In this document: piece after piece, positions 46,893 to 56,880 of the stretch
Layout: each line of letters begins with the position of its first letter
Position numbering within the stretch: the stretch's first letter is position 1
Origin: a virus
Length of the DNA stretch: 64,000 nucleotides
Reading direction: 5' to 3' (one strand)
Virus record (IMG/VR): IMGVR_UViG_3300025030_000081
Location: 1 to 64,000 of that record
Translations under genes and position numbers: made by a program
The notes under the pieces: generated by a model
What the model was told of the DNA's origin: nothing
The model's input: only the letters and a program-made list of their open reading frames with translations
Database searches by the model: none

Positions 46893-48101
46893 TTATGAGA
46901 GGAAGTAGTCGGCTTCCATGATGTGGTCGCCCAGATCGTCGGACAGTTTGGCGTAGTTGTAGCGGCGGTCGTTCCTGAGCTCCCTGATGATCTGGACGCC
47001 GACGTTGCTGTCGGCCAGCTCCGCCAGGATGTCCCGGTAGACCTCCCGCATCTCGTTGGCGTAGTTGGGGTGGCACTTGAATGCATCGTGGATGGTGAGG
47101 ACCGGGAAGCTTGGTCTGGTGAGGGTTTCCTGGATCAAGGAAAGGAGCTCTTCAAGGTAACCAACGGTGAACTGACTGATGTTCTCCGGGTTGACGATCT
47201 CGACACCGCGCAGGCTGAGGAAGCCGTGGTTCGCTGCGTTGATCTCGAAGGGGTGGGTGGGTTCGGTAACCCGGGAGGTGAGTTTCTGATACTGGATCAA
47301 TGCGGCTACGTCCTCGAGGTGATCCCGGTCGTAGTTGCAGCGCCTGACGGTCTCCCTGACGAGGAAGCCGTCAACCGAGTGGGTGGCATTGGCGGCCACT
47401 GCCAAGCCGTACTCGGAGCCGATGTTCTCCTCGTAGACGTAGGTGAGGGTGGCGTGATCCAGCTCGTCGATCTCGATCTTGGACTTCATCTTCTGAAGCA
47501 CCGGTACCTTCGCCTGATAGCCGTCAGGCAGAGTGTTGTGGTGGAAGAGGGCATTGGGCTGCCATGAGGCCAAGAGCTCCTGCATGAGGAAGCAGGCGCC
47601 CGGAGCGACCATTTCCTGAGCCTGATAGAAGGCGTAGAGCTCAGGGGACTCGTCTCCGAAGATCCGCTTGGGAGTAGCCACGCTCCCATAGTAGTGAGTC
47701 ATCGTCGCGGATTTGGCGTCCGATCTCGGCACCACCACCTCGCTCGGCAAGAGCTCGTTCATGGCTGCCGTGCACTGGCCGTACATGTCCATGCGCTTCT
47801 TACCGGTGACCCCGGTGTTGGCGCTGGTCACCGGGCAGCCGGTGAGGATACCCAGTATCGAGATCCCCGAGGCGCAGGCGTCCAGCTCAACCAGAAAGCC
47901 AGAAGGTCTCCCGGCCAGAGCGTCCTCCAGAGCCAGCACACCGGCAAGGAACTGGGCGGGCTTCTCGGCCTGAGCCACCTTGGAACGCAGATCCTTGATC
48001 GAATCCACCCAAGCGATGCGCTGTCTGAAGCTCTTCTTGTCCAGCCCGTAGTTGTTGGCGATGTCGATCTTGATGTATTCAAGCGCTGAAAATTTCATCA
48101 T
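46893..48101 (-). CDS. N4-like RNA polymerase II subunit 2 (gp16-like)
   Basis: LDACASG motif A, RSDAKSATMTHYYGS motif B, ANATHSVDG, TIHDAF motif C. Confidence 0.92.
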   Translation of the reverse strand: MMKFSALEYIKIDIANNYGLDKKSFRQRIAWVDSIKDLRSKVAQAEKPAQFLAGVLALEDALAGRPSGFLVELDACASGISILGILTGCPVTSANTGVTGKKRMDMYGQCTAAMNELLPSEVVVPRSDAKSATMTHYYGSVATPKRIFGDESPELYAFYQAQEMVAPGACFLMQELLASWQPNALFHHNTLPDGYQAKVPVLQKMKSKIEIDELDHATLTYVYEENIGSEYGLAVAANATHSVDGFLVRETVRRCNYDRDHLEDVAALIQYQKLTSRVTEPTHPFEINAANHGFLSLRGVEIVNPENISQFTVGYLEELLSLIQETLTRPSFPVLTIHDAFKCHPNYANEMREVYRDILAELADSNVGVQIIRELRNDRRYNYAKLSDDLGDHIMEADYFLS

Positions 48102-48772
48102 GGGATACTCTCCTGTATTTTATGTGGAAGTTTGTGATTTAAGATGTATTGGTTTCTGTGAGTTACAGCGGCGTGTTCTGTAGGGAAGACACCAAGGTGT
48201 ATGTTTTGAAATTTAACACAAATTCTTGCTCTCCACCTACCTTCACCAATACAATTAACACCCATAAAATTGAATTTAGTATTTAGCATTTTATTACGAT
48301 TTGCTTGTTGAGCTGGTTTAGCAACCCAATGACAATTATCAGGTGAATACCCTAAATCATTATTTTGGCGGTCTAGTTCTAATGCTTCGTTAAAGCCATT
48401 TTGTCTAGCCCATTGAGCAAACACAGCATAGTCTTTCCACTCTGGGCATATGCTTATTCCTCTTGCACCATATCTACGATATGCTTTGGATTTAGGATTA
48501 TTACATCGTTGATTCATTGATTTCCAGCGTTTGTATAGTATGGATAGCCCATGTTGGGGAGCTTCTCCGTGGATAGTTTGTTCTGTGAATTGCCCACAAC
48601 CACATGTTTTAGCTCTACCTGATCTAACATTACCAAGTACCATTACTTTTGTTGAACCACACTCACACTGAAATAAGGCCAATCTACAGTTTTGTTTGAG
48701 GCGTGGAGCATCCTGTAAATAGGTCAATTTGTTGAACTTATCACCATGATTAATGTGGATAACTTTTGGCAT
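48098..48772 (-). CDS. HNH-AP2-type homing endonuclease
   Basis: CECG, TCGC, WKSMNQRC..YGARGISIC, LDRQNN..YSPDNC, C-terminal AP2; AT-rich; AAGGAGG RBS. Confidence 0.85.
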   Translation of the reverse strand: MPKVIHINHGDKFNKLTYLQDAPRLKQNCRLALFQCECGSTKVMVLGNVRSGRAKTCGCGQFTEQTIHGEAPQHGLSILYKRWKSMNQRCNNPKSKAYRRYGARGISICPEWKDYAVFAQWARQNGFNEALELDRQNNDLGYSPDNCHWVAKPAQQANRNKMLNTKFNFMGVNCIGEGRWRARICVKFQNIHLGVFPTEHAAVTHRNQYILNHKLPHKIQESIP

Positions 48773-49008
48773 ATAGCCTCCTTTGAGCAATCGTGTCGTA
48801 TGATATACTCTATGGGTGGCTATATGTCAAGAGTAGTTATCTGGTCATGGTCAGTCCTCCCGGACAGGTATATTTCTTGGTAATTTCTTCACGTATTGTG
48901 CGGTCCAGAGCTGGCCGTCGACGGAGCCGCAGGTGCCTAGACAGCCCGCGGGTCGCAGGATCCAGCCGGTGCGTAAGCGGGTGGCGTCAAGTTTCATGAT
49001 TGATTCTC

Positions 49009-49395
49009 CTAGTTGATGTTCAGGATGATGTCCACAACCTCTTTGCAGTACCATGCCCGGTAGTCGTTCGTGTCCTCTCCGGTCCAGACGTAGTCACCAG
49101 TGAAGAAGGTTTCTCTTGCCTGTGCCTGGCACCAGTAGCCGGTTCCGTCTTTGGTTTTACCCAAGCCATTGCCGCATGTTTTTCCTCCGTGGTAATCCAT
49201 TACCGCCCACAGTAGCGTTCTTCTGAAGGATCTTGCTATCTGATCGGGATATGGCTCCAGTGCGAATACTCCTCGCAGGGTGCTGGAGGCATGCTCCGGC
49301 GGCGGTCGGTTGATGGAGACGCGGGTGATCCCGGCTCTGGCCAGATCCTCCAGCAGGTTGAAGGTCTTGGTGATGGTTTCAGTGACCTGTGTCAT
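49009..49395 (-). CDS. hypothetical protein
   Basis: AAGGAG RBS. Confidence 0.55.
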   Translation of the reverse strand: MTQVTETITKTFNLLEDLARAGITRVSINRPPPEHASSTLRGVFALEPYPDQIARSFRRTLLWAVMDYHGGKTCGNGLGKTKDGTGYWCQAQARETFFTGDYVWTGEDTNDYRAWYCKEVVDIILNIN

Positions 49396-49586
49396 AGCTT
49401 AGTTTCTCCTTACGGTGTCCACTACTTCAGCAAGCAGGTCTTCCAGAGACATACTTTGGCAATAGAAGTAGCCACCATCGAGGGCAGTGACTTCTGCGCA
49501 GTACAGGTTGGTTACAGCACATTGGTACAGTTTGATAGAGTCAACGTGGTCCATGAGATAAATCAGGTTCTCTGATATGTGAGCTG

Positions 49587-50390
49587 TCATAGCCGGATCA
49601 CCTCCTTGTCGGCCAGCTGGACGATGGCCTTCTTGTAGCTGGATCCCTGATAGCCCACGCAGTAGCCAGAGGCGTAGCATCTCCCTCTGGTGTCATGGCT
49701 GTGGCTCAGGTGAAAGCGGTTACCCTGTTTCCTGATCAGCCCGTAGACGCTGCTGCTGTTCTCCACGAAGGCATTCCATGCCTGCTCCTGTTCGACGGTC
49801 TCGTGGGCGTTCTTGGTGGTCTCCGGCAGGGTGTCGATGACGCGCAGCTCGAGCGCCAGAGGTATCGCGTTCATTCTGTCGATATGCTCGTTGCAGACGT
49901 CGCCCTCATGCTGCTTCAGCCGGGAACCAAGGATCCTGCTGGTCACCGGTTCGGGTCTTTCGAAGAGCGGCATGTGCTGGATGAACCTCGGGATCTCCAC
50001 CTCGAGCTCGTGGTCGGTCGTGATGACCATGTTGTTCTCCGAGGTCTTGGTGATGACGATCAGCTCGCACTGGTAAGCCAGGGCGATCATCTCGGCGGCC
50101 GTCTTGGCCCGATCCAGAGTACTGGCGCAGTTGACATGATTGGCGATGGCGCCGATCAGCGCCTGATAGGTGATGCCCGACGGATGCAGCAGGGCCATGG
50201 CGTAGATATGGTAGGCCACGTCGTAGAGCGCCTCCTCTTCCGGAGACCACTCCATGAGCCTGTCGTTCTTGGACTGGTAGCCGTGGAGCATGTTAACCCA
50301 GTGGAACAGCGTCTCGACGGTATCCAGCAGATCCTGAGGTACCGCATGGGAGTTGAAGTACTCCTTCAGCCATCTCACTTCGTTTTGCAT
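49587..50390 (-). CDS. N4-like RNA polymerase II subunit 1 (gp15-like)
   Basis: HDTRGRCYASGYCVGYQGSSYKKA C-terminal motif; size and position. Confidence 0.88.
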   Translation of the reverse strand: MQNEVRWLKEYFNSHAVPQDLLDTVETLFHWVNMLHGYQSKNDRLMEWSPEEEALYDVAYHIYAMALLHPSGITYQALIGAIANHVNCASTLDRAKTAAEMIALAYQCELIVITKTSENNMVITTDHELEVEIPRFIQHMPLFERPEPVTSRILGSRLKQHEGDVCNEHIDRMNAIPLALELRVIDTLPETTKNAHETVEQEQAWNAFVENSSSVYGLIRKQGNRFHLSHSHDTRGRCYASGYCVGYQGSSYKKAIVQLADKEVIRL

Positions 50391-50405
50391 GACTGTCTCC
50401 TTTGG

Positions 50406-50594
50406 TTACCAGCAGTAGTTGTGATTGCAGTACTTTCGCGGTGTATATGACTTGATGGGGGCGTTGAAGCGATCCTGATAATAACGGTCAATCGTCCACT
50501 TCTCGTAAGGCGTGGCACCGGCAGGATAGTGGTATGCGGGACCACAACCAGTCAGTACTGCAACAAGGAACAGCAGTGTGAGCAGTTTGTGCAT
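50406..50594 (-). CDS. small lipoprotein
   Basis: Signal peptide with lipobox LTGC. Confidence 0.7.
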   Translation of the reverse strand: MHKLLTLLFLVAVLTGCGPAYHYPAGATPYEKWTIDRYYQDRFNAPIKSYTPRKYCNHNYCW

Positions 50595-50616
50595 GGTGTT
50601 CTCCTTGAGTTAGTTG

Positions 50617-50655
50617 AAAAACGGTAGCCACCCTAAACTGCTTGGATGGCTACCG
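50617..50655 (-). terminator. intrinsic terminator
   Basis: CGGTAGCCA/TGGCTACCG stem followed by U5 on the minus strand. Confidence 0.6.
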
Positions 50656-50662
50656 GTGGAGG

Positions 50663-50992
50663 TTAGTTGAAGACCGGCTTCTGCACCAGCTTGATGGCGC
50701 TGATGTCCAGCTTCTCGGGCTGCTCGGCGTGGATGACGATGCGGAGTTCCGCGTTGACGATTGCGGTGCCACCGTTCTCCGTGGCGAGCTGGATCAGTGC
50801 CTTCTCCTGCAACGAGAGGTATTCGTTGTCGATCAGGCTGAAGCCGCGGTTGGACCTGAGGATCGGCTTGCCGTCGTCGCCGTTGATGCTCCAGTTGACG
50901 AAGGCTAAGACCTTGGCTTTCTCTTTGACGAGAGCGGGCTTGAGAGCGGGAGCGGAGGAAGATTGAGCGGATTTGAGATTGGGTTTTGCCAT
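50663..50992 (-). CDS. putative N4 gp2-like ssDNA-binding activator of RNAP II
   Basis: KAKVLAFVNWSI..DGK motif; size; position upstream of the RNAP II genes; AAGGAG RBS. Confidence 0.55.
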   Translation of the reverse strand: MAKPNLKSAQSSSAPALKPALVKEKAKVLAFVNWSINGDDGKPILRSNRGFSLIDNEYLSLQEKALIQLATENGGTAIVNAELRIVIHAEQPEKLDISAIKLVQKPVFN

Positions 50993-51191
50993 GATAGGAC
51001 TCCTTTGATCGAATGTAATACCTGACGGTATCCACTTATGTAGAGAGGGTTTTGACTGTCCAAGTGTGTGCCTCTAAAAACGACAAAGCCCTCAATCAAG
51101 AGGGCTCTGAAGACGGACTGCTTTCAACCTCGTCAGGTCGCGCAACTTGATTTCAGTTCTTCATGGGAACCTCCGGTGACCACGTTATTGG

Positions 51192-51425
51192 CTAGTTGAA
51201 GTAACTGCCGGGTTTTGCTCCCGGTCTTTTACTGAAGTAGCCTTTGGAGCTCTTGGAGCTTTTGCCCTTGCTCTTGCCCTTGCTGAACGACTTGCCAGAG
51301 GAGGACTTGCTGTAGCTCTTGCCGGAAGACTTACCGGAAGAGTGGCCGCCATGATTACTGCTTTTGGCGAACGCGGGGGCAGACAGCACCAGGGACAGCA
51401 TGAGACAGAGAACGAGAGCTTTCAT
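51192..51425 (-). CDS. small exported Ser/Lys/Gly-rich protein
   Basis: Signal peptide ending AFA, then SSGK repeats; GGAGG RBS. Confidence 0.65.
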   Translation of the reverse strand: MKALVLCLMLSLVLSAPAFAKSSNHGGHSSGKSSGKSYSKSSSGKSFSKGKSKGKSSKSSKGYFSKRPGAKPGSYFN

Positions 51426-52454
51426 TACAACCTCCAAGAGATAGATGATTATTTACCGTCTATGCGAGAAGGGTTTTAAGTGTGTGCCTGTGGACACCAG
51501 CCCCTTACGGAGCTGGCAGTACACCTCTTTCAAGTAGCGTATCTCGTCGTACCGGTGCATGGTCCGCCTGCTTTTCGGCGTTCCGAGCCAATCCTGCACG
51601 GCCCCGAGGGATAGAAGCAGGCGCCGTCGGGCGGTTCGTAACTGCACGTCACCATCATGGCGTTGATGCCGCAGCTGGTCATACCCGCTATCGTCGGTGC
51701 CAGAAGCACTTCGGCGCTGCCGGATCGCAGTTCAGGTTTCTCCTTCAAGATACTCTCTACCCAGCGCACACCGCTTTCCGTTTGCTCCGAAAGGATCGAC
51801 GGTGCCCGCATCGGGAGGGAACGGACCTCGTATTCAAATTCAGAGGTTGCACCCACAAGGTGTGCACCGGCGCAGGTCGGGCAAATTCCATGACTCTCAC
51901 CCACGGAACCGTTACCCTCTTTGTCTCCCATTGAAGTCTTGCACCAAGCACAGGTGACCGTCATCGTGGTCAACCGGAGTTCAGGACCGACCAGTTCGCG
52001 TACCCGGGCCAGAGCGTCGAAGAATGCCGCATCGCGCTGAGACGCCTCGTTGTAACGGCTGGAAGTCATATTGCAAAGTGCTGCAACGGTAACGGATAAT
52101 GCCTGGTGCAGATTGTCGTAAGACATGTCGCCTCCATTCATTTCATTTCATTTTAAGTGTGGTCCAGGTATTTCTGCTCCTTGTCTGAAACCGTCCAGCC
52201 CAAGACGTCCTGGCGGGCTTGTCCCGCCGGGAGAGTTTTCTCCTCGAGAAAACTCCAGTCTTGGGTGGACAGCAGTATTCCTTTTCTTTGTTAGGTGTTT
52301 CCATTGTTATAACGCACAAAGTTATCCGCCTTGTTGATAAGGGTGAACTCTTTGTGGGTAAGCGATGTTACCAAGTACTTGATCAGGATCAATAGCAAGC
52401 TGATTATCATCTTATGTTCGTTCATTTAAGACTCCTTGTGGGTGGACAGCAGAA

Positions 52455-52808
52455 TCAGCGCAGTTCCTTCAGCATCTCGTTAAGCTTGTCGAGGGTGGGC
52501 TGGACGAGCCGTTTGGACAGCGTGCTGAACCCAAGCTCTTTCTCGCAGATCGTAATCAGGACGCTGAGGTCCCCTTTGTCCAGGCGCGGCCTGTCTGGTC
52601 CTACCTGCTCAGTTTTGCAGTAAGGGCAGTCGAAGGTCTTGGGAGTGGAAGCATCAGTCCAGCTGCCCTGAAACCAGATACGCTCACCGCATTTCTTGCA
52701 GAGCATCGAACAGGTGCTGCTTTCTAGGGTGTACTTATTGTCGTCAAGGGTGTACCTATTGTCACCGAATCTCTCTATTGCCTGTGCTGTCGTCATTGGC
52801 GTTTTCAT
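52455..52808 (-). CDS. Zn-ribbon early protein
   Basis: CKKCG...CPYCK; AAGGAG RBS. Confidence 0.6.
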   Translation of the reverse strand: MKTPMTTAQAIERFGDNRYTLDDNKYTLESSTCSMLCKKCGERIWFQGSWTDASTPKTFDCPYCKTEQVGPDRPRLDKGDLSVLITICEKELGFSTLSKRLVQPTLDKLNEMLKELR

Positions 52809-53325
52809 GATTTTCTCCTTGTGATGAAGGGTAAGGGTAACCCCTGCGGCTGAAGGCAGCCTACAGGGGCACCTGCTTCGTTAACTCTAGCCTCGGAATA
52901 AGCCGCGTATTAGTTGCCGCAGCCACTGCTGGCAGGTGAGTGTTGCTCCGAAGAGGAAGCGGTAGCACTCGATCCCCCGAGTCCCTGCCATGATGTTCTC
53001 GATCTTGGTGTTGCCTGCCAGTAGGTCACGTTGCATGGTGGATCTCCTTTAAGGGTATTGAAGCCAGTTGGCACAGGGAACGGTGGACTTGGCGCAGATG
53101 CTTTTCAGGTAGCAATTGGAGCAGGATTTGTCAGGCATGAGACTGCCTCCTATGACTTTACAGTAAATGAATGGTTACAGGCATAGCAAAGGTAGTCAGC
53201 CCACGACAATGTAGGATGATTGCCTTGGAACTTGACCTTGCTTTCATTACCACATTTTGGACACTTCATGGTTATCTCCTTTTGGAATGTAGGCAAGGCT
53301 GGATGTTACTCCAGCCCGGGATTTA

Positions 53326-53583
53326 TTACCAGTAGGTGAGGGTGCCGACGACCTTCTTCAGGGTGATCTGGCACTTGTGACCTGCGAGAGTGCCCTGATA
53401 GATGTTCAGGGTAGGATGCTTGGTAAGGACATAGGAGCCTTTGGTGGTGACCAGCCTGACAGTGGCCTGATCGACGATGGATACGGAGATTTGGGATTTG
53501 TCGTCGGTGAACCTGACTACGTCCTTGGAGAGCTGGATTGCTTCGCCCAGAGCGTTAACGCCTGCGAGTTGGATCTTGGTCAT
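53326..53583 (-). CDS. early hypothetical protein
   Basis: AGGAGG RBS. Confidence 0.65.
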   Translation of the reverse strand: MTKIQLAGVNALGEAIQLSKDVVRFTDDKSQISVSIVDQATVRLVTTKGSYVLTKHPTLNIYQGTLAGHKCQITLKKVVGTLTYW

Positions 53584-53619
53584 AGTAGCCTCCTGAGAGT
53601 TATGAGAATAGGAAAAGGA

Positions 53620-53850
53620 TTACTTAGGGCTTCTAGGGTAGTTGGCTTTGTTAACCCACTCCCCTGCAACATAATCCAAGACGCCCTCTTCGTAAATGAG
53701 CCTCTCTTCTTCTTCAGTGAGAGGACGGCCACAGCAATCGGTGGTGAGTGATCCTTCAGCACCATGGCAGATGGTGCAGAACTGGAGACCTCCACCGCAG
53801 ATGTTGCAAGGATCTTCACCGCAATTGCAAGTAGCATACTTATGTTCCAT
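53620..53850 (-). CDS. Cys-rich small early protein
   Basis: CNC..CNICGGGL..CTICHGAEGSLTTDCCG; GGAGG RBS. Confidence 0.7.
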   Translation of the reverse strand: MEHKYATCNCGEDPCNICGGGLQFCTICHGAEGSLTTDCCGRPLTEEEERLIYEEGVLDYVAGEWVNKANYPRSPK

Positions 53851-54003
53851 GGTATTACCTCCGAGAGTAGGGAATAGTTAACTTCCAGATATGCGTAGAG
53901 GGTTTTAGGCATCTTTAGGGATACTATCTTCCTCTGACGATACTATCTGAGGTGTGGTGTTTGTGTGCCTTTGGCTGTGTGAACTTAGTTGTGTGGTTGG
54001 AGA

Positions 54004-54029
54004 ACTAAACCCTACCCCGAAGGGTAGGG
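54004..54029 (-). terminator. UUCG-tetraloop terminator
   Basis: Minus strand CCCUACCC-UUCG-GGGUAGGG-UUU. Confidence 0.7.
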
Positions 54030-54038
54030 AGTTAGGTG

Positions 54039-54230
54039 CTATGCTTCTGCCAAGTTGGCGAGCATGGCCTGCTTCTGGGAGTTGATCATGATAGTTGAGA
54101 TCTCATGAATCCCTTCTGCTCCGTCACGCAGGGTGAGGGTTGCGAACTCTACGGTCTCGCAGATGTTGTTGGCGGATCTGAACAGCGAGCCTACGAATGC
54201 GGGTAACAGCGATGTTTGTTTCTGTGCCAT
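54039..54230 (-). CDS. first early gene, hypothetical
   Basis: AGGAGG RBS; first ORF of the minus-strand block. Confidence 0.6.
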   Translation of the reverse strand: MAQKQTSLLPAFVGSLFRSANNICETVEFATLTLRDGAEGIHEISTIMINSQKQAMLANLAEA

Positions 54231-54399
54231 GGTGGTGCCTCCTGATCAGGGAAGATGGAGATGCCCTATTGCACTCCGCCCATGTGAGGAGGGTTTGGCC
54301 TTTGACTTTGAGAGGAGGCTGGAACTTTGGAGGGCAAAGTTTATTGACTCCCGGGGGGTGGTTTGAGGTGTTGACCTTGGGCCATACAGTACAACGTCA

Positions 54400-54540
54400 G
54401 TACCTAGATTATGTAAATTTGCCCAGGTTTCGTTATCCTCTTCTAACACAACACCTGTACCCAGATTATATAATTTTCCTATAGTTTCATTATCTTAGCC
54501 TAATGCTTACGTACCTAGATTACGCAAAAAAAAAAAAAAA
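54400..54540. repeat. three GTACC(T/C)AGATTA direct repeats plus an A15 tract at the strand switch
   Basis: Copies start at 54400, 54457 and 54511; poly-A at 54526..54540. Confidence 0.7.
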
Positions 54541-54623
54541 TGGTGAGGTTTGATTAGAAATTATTTTACTTTCCTGTAATTTAGTTCTTGTATATTTTCC
54601 TACAGGAAGTATACTCCCACTCC

Positions 54624-54818
54624 ATGATCATCAACAACTATTTTGAAATAGCTGACTCATGCATAGAAAAGCTGACTCCACGTGATAAGGCTGAATACTT
54701 TCTGCTCGGCGCCGTCTTCAGTACCGTGGGATCTGAGGGTATCCAGTACGACATAATGACTTATGAAGGCACCACACGTATCCTGGCTGTGCGCAGCACC
54801 GGTCTATTAAAATGGTAG
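54624..54818 (+). CDS. small hypothetical protein (paralogue of the next gene)
   Basis: Shares LTxxDKAEYFLLGAxF with 54812..55060; start uncertain. Confidence 0.55.
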   Translation: MIINNYFEIADSCIEKLTPRDKAEYFLLGAVFSTVGSEGIQYDIMTYEGTTRILAVRSTGLLKW

Positions 54819-55060
54819 TCATAACAACCCCTACCAATCTATATTCAGCCGCCGAAAGCTATGTTAACGATTACGCCCTGGTGCAGCAGCTATTGTTGAA
54901 GCACGGTGCCACAACTCTGGTCAGGGCGCCACTCACGGCGGAGGATAAGGCCGAGTATTTCCTGCTGGGTGCCACCTTTACAACCGAAGTGATCCACGAC
55001 CAGGAAAGGCAGCTCATGCTGTACAAGGACAGGCTTTACCTGCTGGAGCCTGAATACTGA
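54812..55060 (+). CDS. small hypothetical protein
   Basis: LTAEDKAEYFLLGATF. Confidence 0.55.
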   Translation: MVVITTPTNLYSAAESYVNDYALVQQLLLKHGATTLVRAPLTAEDKAEYFLLGATFTTEVIHDQERQLMLYKDRLYLLEPEY

Positions 55061-55123
55061 TCTTTCTTCGGACATCTATCTGGGAATCTCTCGGGTCTCC
55101 CTAACTACCAGTAGGAGAATCTT

Positions 55124-55306
55124 ATGGAACGAATTGAAGATACCGGAATTATTGTCGCAGCCAGGTTAGCGTATGCAACACCATCAGAGTACAGACTCCG
55201 GCGTGGGTCTGATGGTGAGGTGGTACTGCAAGGCGCCTACCGGTGGGAGCAAGGATCGAGTGGCGGTTTTGAATGGCGGGACATCCCCACTATTGAAGAG
55301 GAATAA
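55124..55306 (+). CDS. hypothetical protein
   Basis: AGGAG RBS. Confidence 0.55.
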   Translation: MERIEDTGIIVAARLAYATPSEYRLRRGSDGEVVLQGAYRWEQGSSGGFEWRDIPTIEEE

Positions 55307-55787
55307 GGTGGACGGAGAGAAGCGTGGCCGGGGCGGACGAGCGGAGCGAGGATCGCCGGAAGGCCAAAGCTTCTCGACTGGTAGGTAGACAAATAAAGGA
55401 GAACATATTGGAATTGATATCTGCATCGTCTGGGCTGGCTGCGTTAGGTTTGTCTGTTGGTTTCTTTATGATTGGCTACCTTCTCGGAAGATGCCATGCA
55501 TAACAAATCCAGCGTGCTTAGATTATATATATGGCGTTCAGTGGTCTGTTTTCCTCAATGGTTTCGCTGGGTTAGTATTTCACTTCTTGTAATTATTTTA
55601 CAGGAAGTCTTTCTTCTTGTGCATAGACTACAGGAAGTGTATTGTGCGTGGCAAGAAGTCATTGTAGCTAAAGGTACAGGAAATTGTGGAAGCTACCGAT
55701 GACCAATGACTAGTGGGTGGTGCAGGTGAAGCAGCAGTTCTGGTAGTCTCCGTGGCGGCGGCGCAGGACAACAAGGGGGATAAAACA

Positions 55788-56048
55788 ATGGGACCAGCTC
55801 GTGAGAGAAGGCAGCAGGTGGCACTGACCGAAAACCGGTATCGAAGGAAGAGCGACATGATCGAAGCCGTGGCGAAACTGAAGACGTACTCCATGGGCGA
55901 GCAGGCGCTGATCATCGCCAAGGCCGGGGAGCTGATGGGAGGGAACAAGAGAATGGAGGCATCGGCGGCGATCTTCCGAGCGATCGAGAGTTGGACAGAG
56001 AGGCGCCAGAAAGTGCAGGGGGAGGGCGGTCATGGGCAGGCTGCTTAG
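55788..56048 (+). CDS. hypothetical protein
   Basis: AAGGGGG RBS before MGPARE. Confidence 0.5.
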   Translation: MGPARERRQQVALTENRYRRKSDMIEAVAKLKTYSMGEQALIIAKAGELMGGNKRMEASAAIFRAIESWTERRQKVQGEGGHGQAA

Positions 56049-56292
56049 AGAGGTGATGGCCGAGGGCTACCGCAACCCACCACCGGAGCTGATTCCCGAG
56101 CTCCTGTTACTGGGTGAGCTGGAGCATGTTCAGCTTTCCCTGGATAACGGCCAGGTTATCGAGATGGACATGATCAGGTACAAGGGGATGGATTACGCCA
56201 TGAAGGTCATCGACGGCGGGGTCTGGTATGGGACCAGGACCGAGCTGTTGGGCAAGGGGTTTCAACAACCGATAAGGGAGGAGATGGAATGA
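56032..56292 (+). CDS. hypothetical protein
   Basis: GGAGG RBS; coupled to its neighbours. Confidence 0.55.
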   Translation: MGRLLREVMAEGYRNPPPELIPELLLLGELEHVQLSLDNGQVIEMDMIRYKGMDYAMKVIDGGVWYGTRTELLGKGFQQPIREEME

Positions 56293-56789
56293 AGAAATAT
56301 GTGGGCGTGAAGTTGGTACTGGCAGAATTGATGAATCTCGGTGAGTACAACACACTTAGAGGCCAAGAGTTGCCGGCCGAGCAGGATCCGGCGACTGAGG
56401 GTTACCTGGTTGAGTATCTGGATATGGAAACAGCCCACCATCCGGAGTTCGCTCCTGGTTACATATCCTGGTGCCCGAAGGCCCAGTTCGAGAGAGCCAA
56501 CCGTGCGATTGACGGTATGACCTTCGGCCATGCAATCGAGCTGGCGAAGACAGGACACAGGATCGCCCGGGCCGGCTGGAACGGGAAGGGGATGTTCGTG
56601 GTTTATCTTCCTGGTTACCTGGAAGGGATCCTGGCCAACGAGGTCACCCAGCAGGCGTTCGGGTATGTCGGCCCGGAACTGCATAAGGTGCGGCCGTATC
56701 TGGTCATGCGCTGTGCCGACGGCACGCACCAGATGTGGCTCGCTTCGCAGAGCGACATTCTCGAGGAGGATTGGGTAGTGGTGCAGTAG
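56289..56789 (+). CDS. DUF2829-like phage protein
   Basis: GYLVEY..YISWCPK..FE; MTFGHAIE..G.RIARAGWNGKGMF; WLASQSDILEEDW. Confidence 0.85.
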   Translation: MKKYVGVKLVLAELMNLGEYNTLRGQELPAEQDPATEGYLVEYLDMETAHHPEFAPGYISWCPKAQFERANRAIDGMTFGHAIELAKTGHRIARAGWNGKGMFVVYLPGYLEGILANEVTQQAFGYVGPELHKVRPYLVMRCADGTHQMWLASQSDILEEDWVVVQ

Positions 56790-56880
56790 GCAAAAGAAAA
56801 GGGCTGGATGGCGGCCAGCCCTTCTCCACTTCGGAGGATACCACAAGCAAGGAGGGAACTTGTGATGGGGCTGTTATATT

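Noticed and set aside
55310-55375. vRNAP promoter at GAGCGGAGCGAG
   Set aside because: The GC-GGA-GC core has only a 2-bp stem and no clear downstream gene in the matching orientation.
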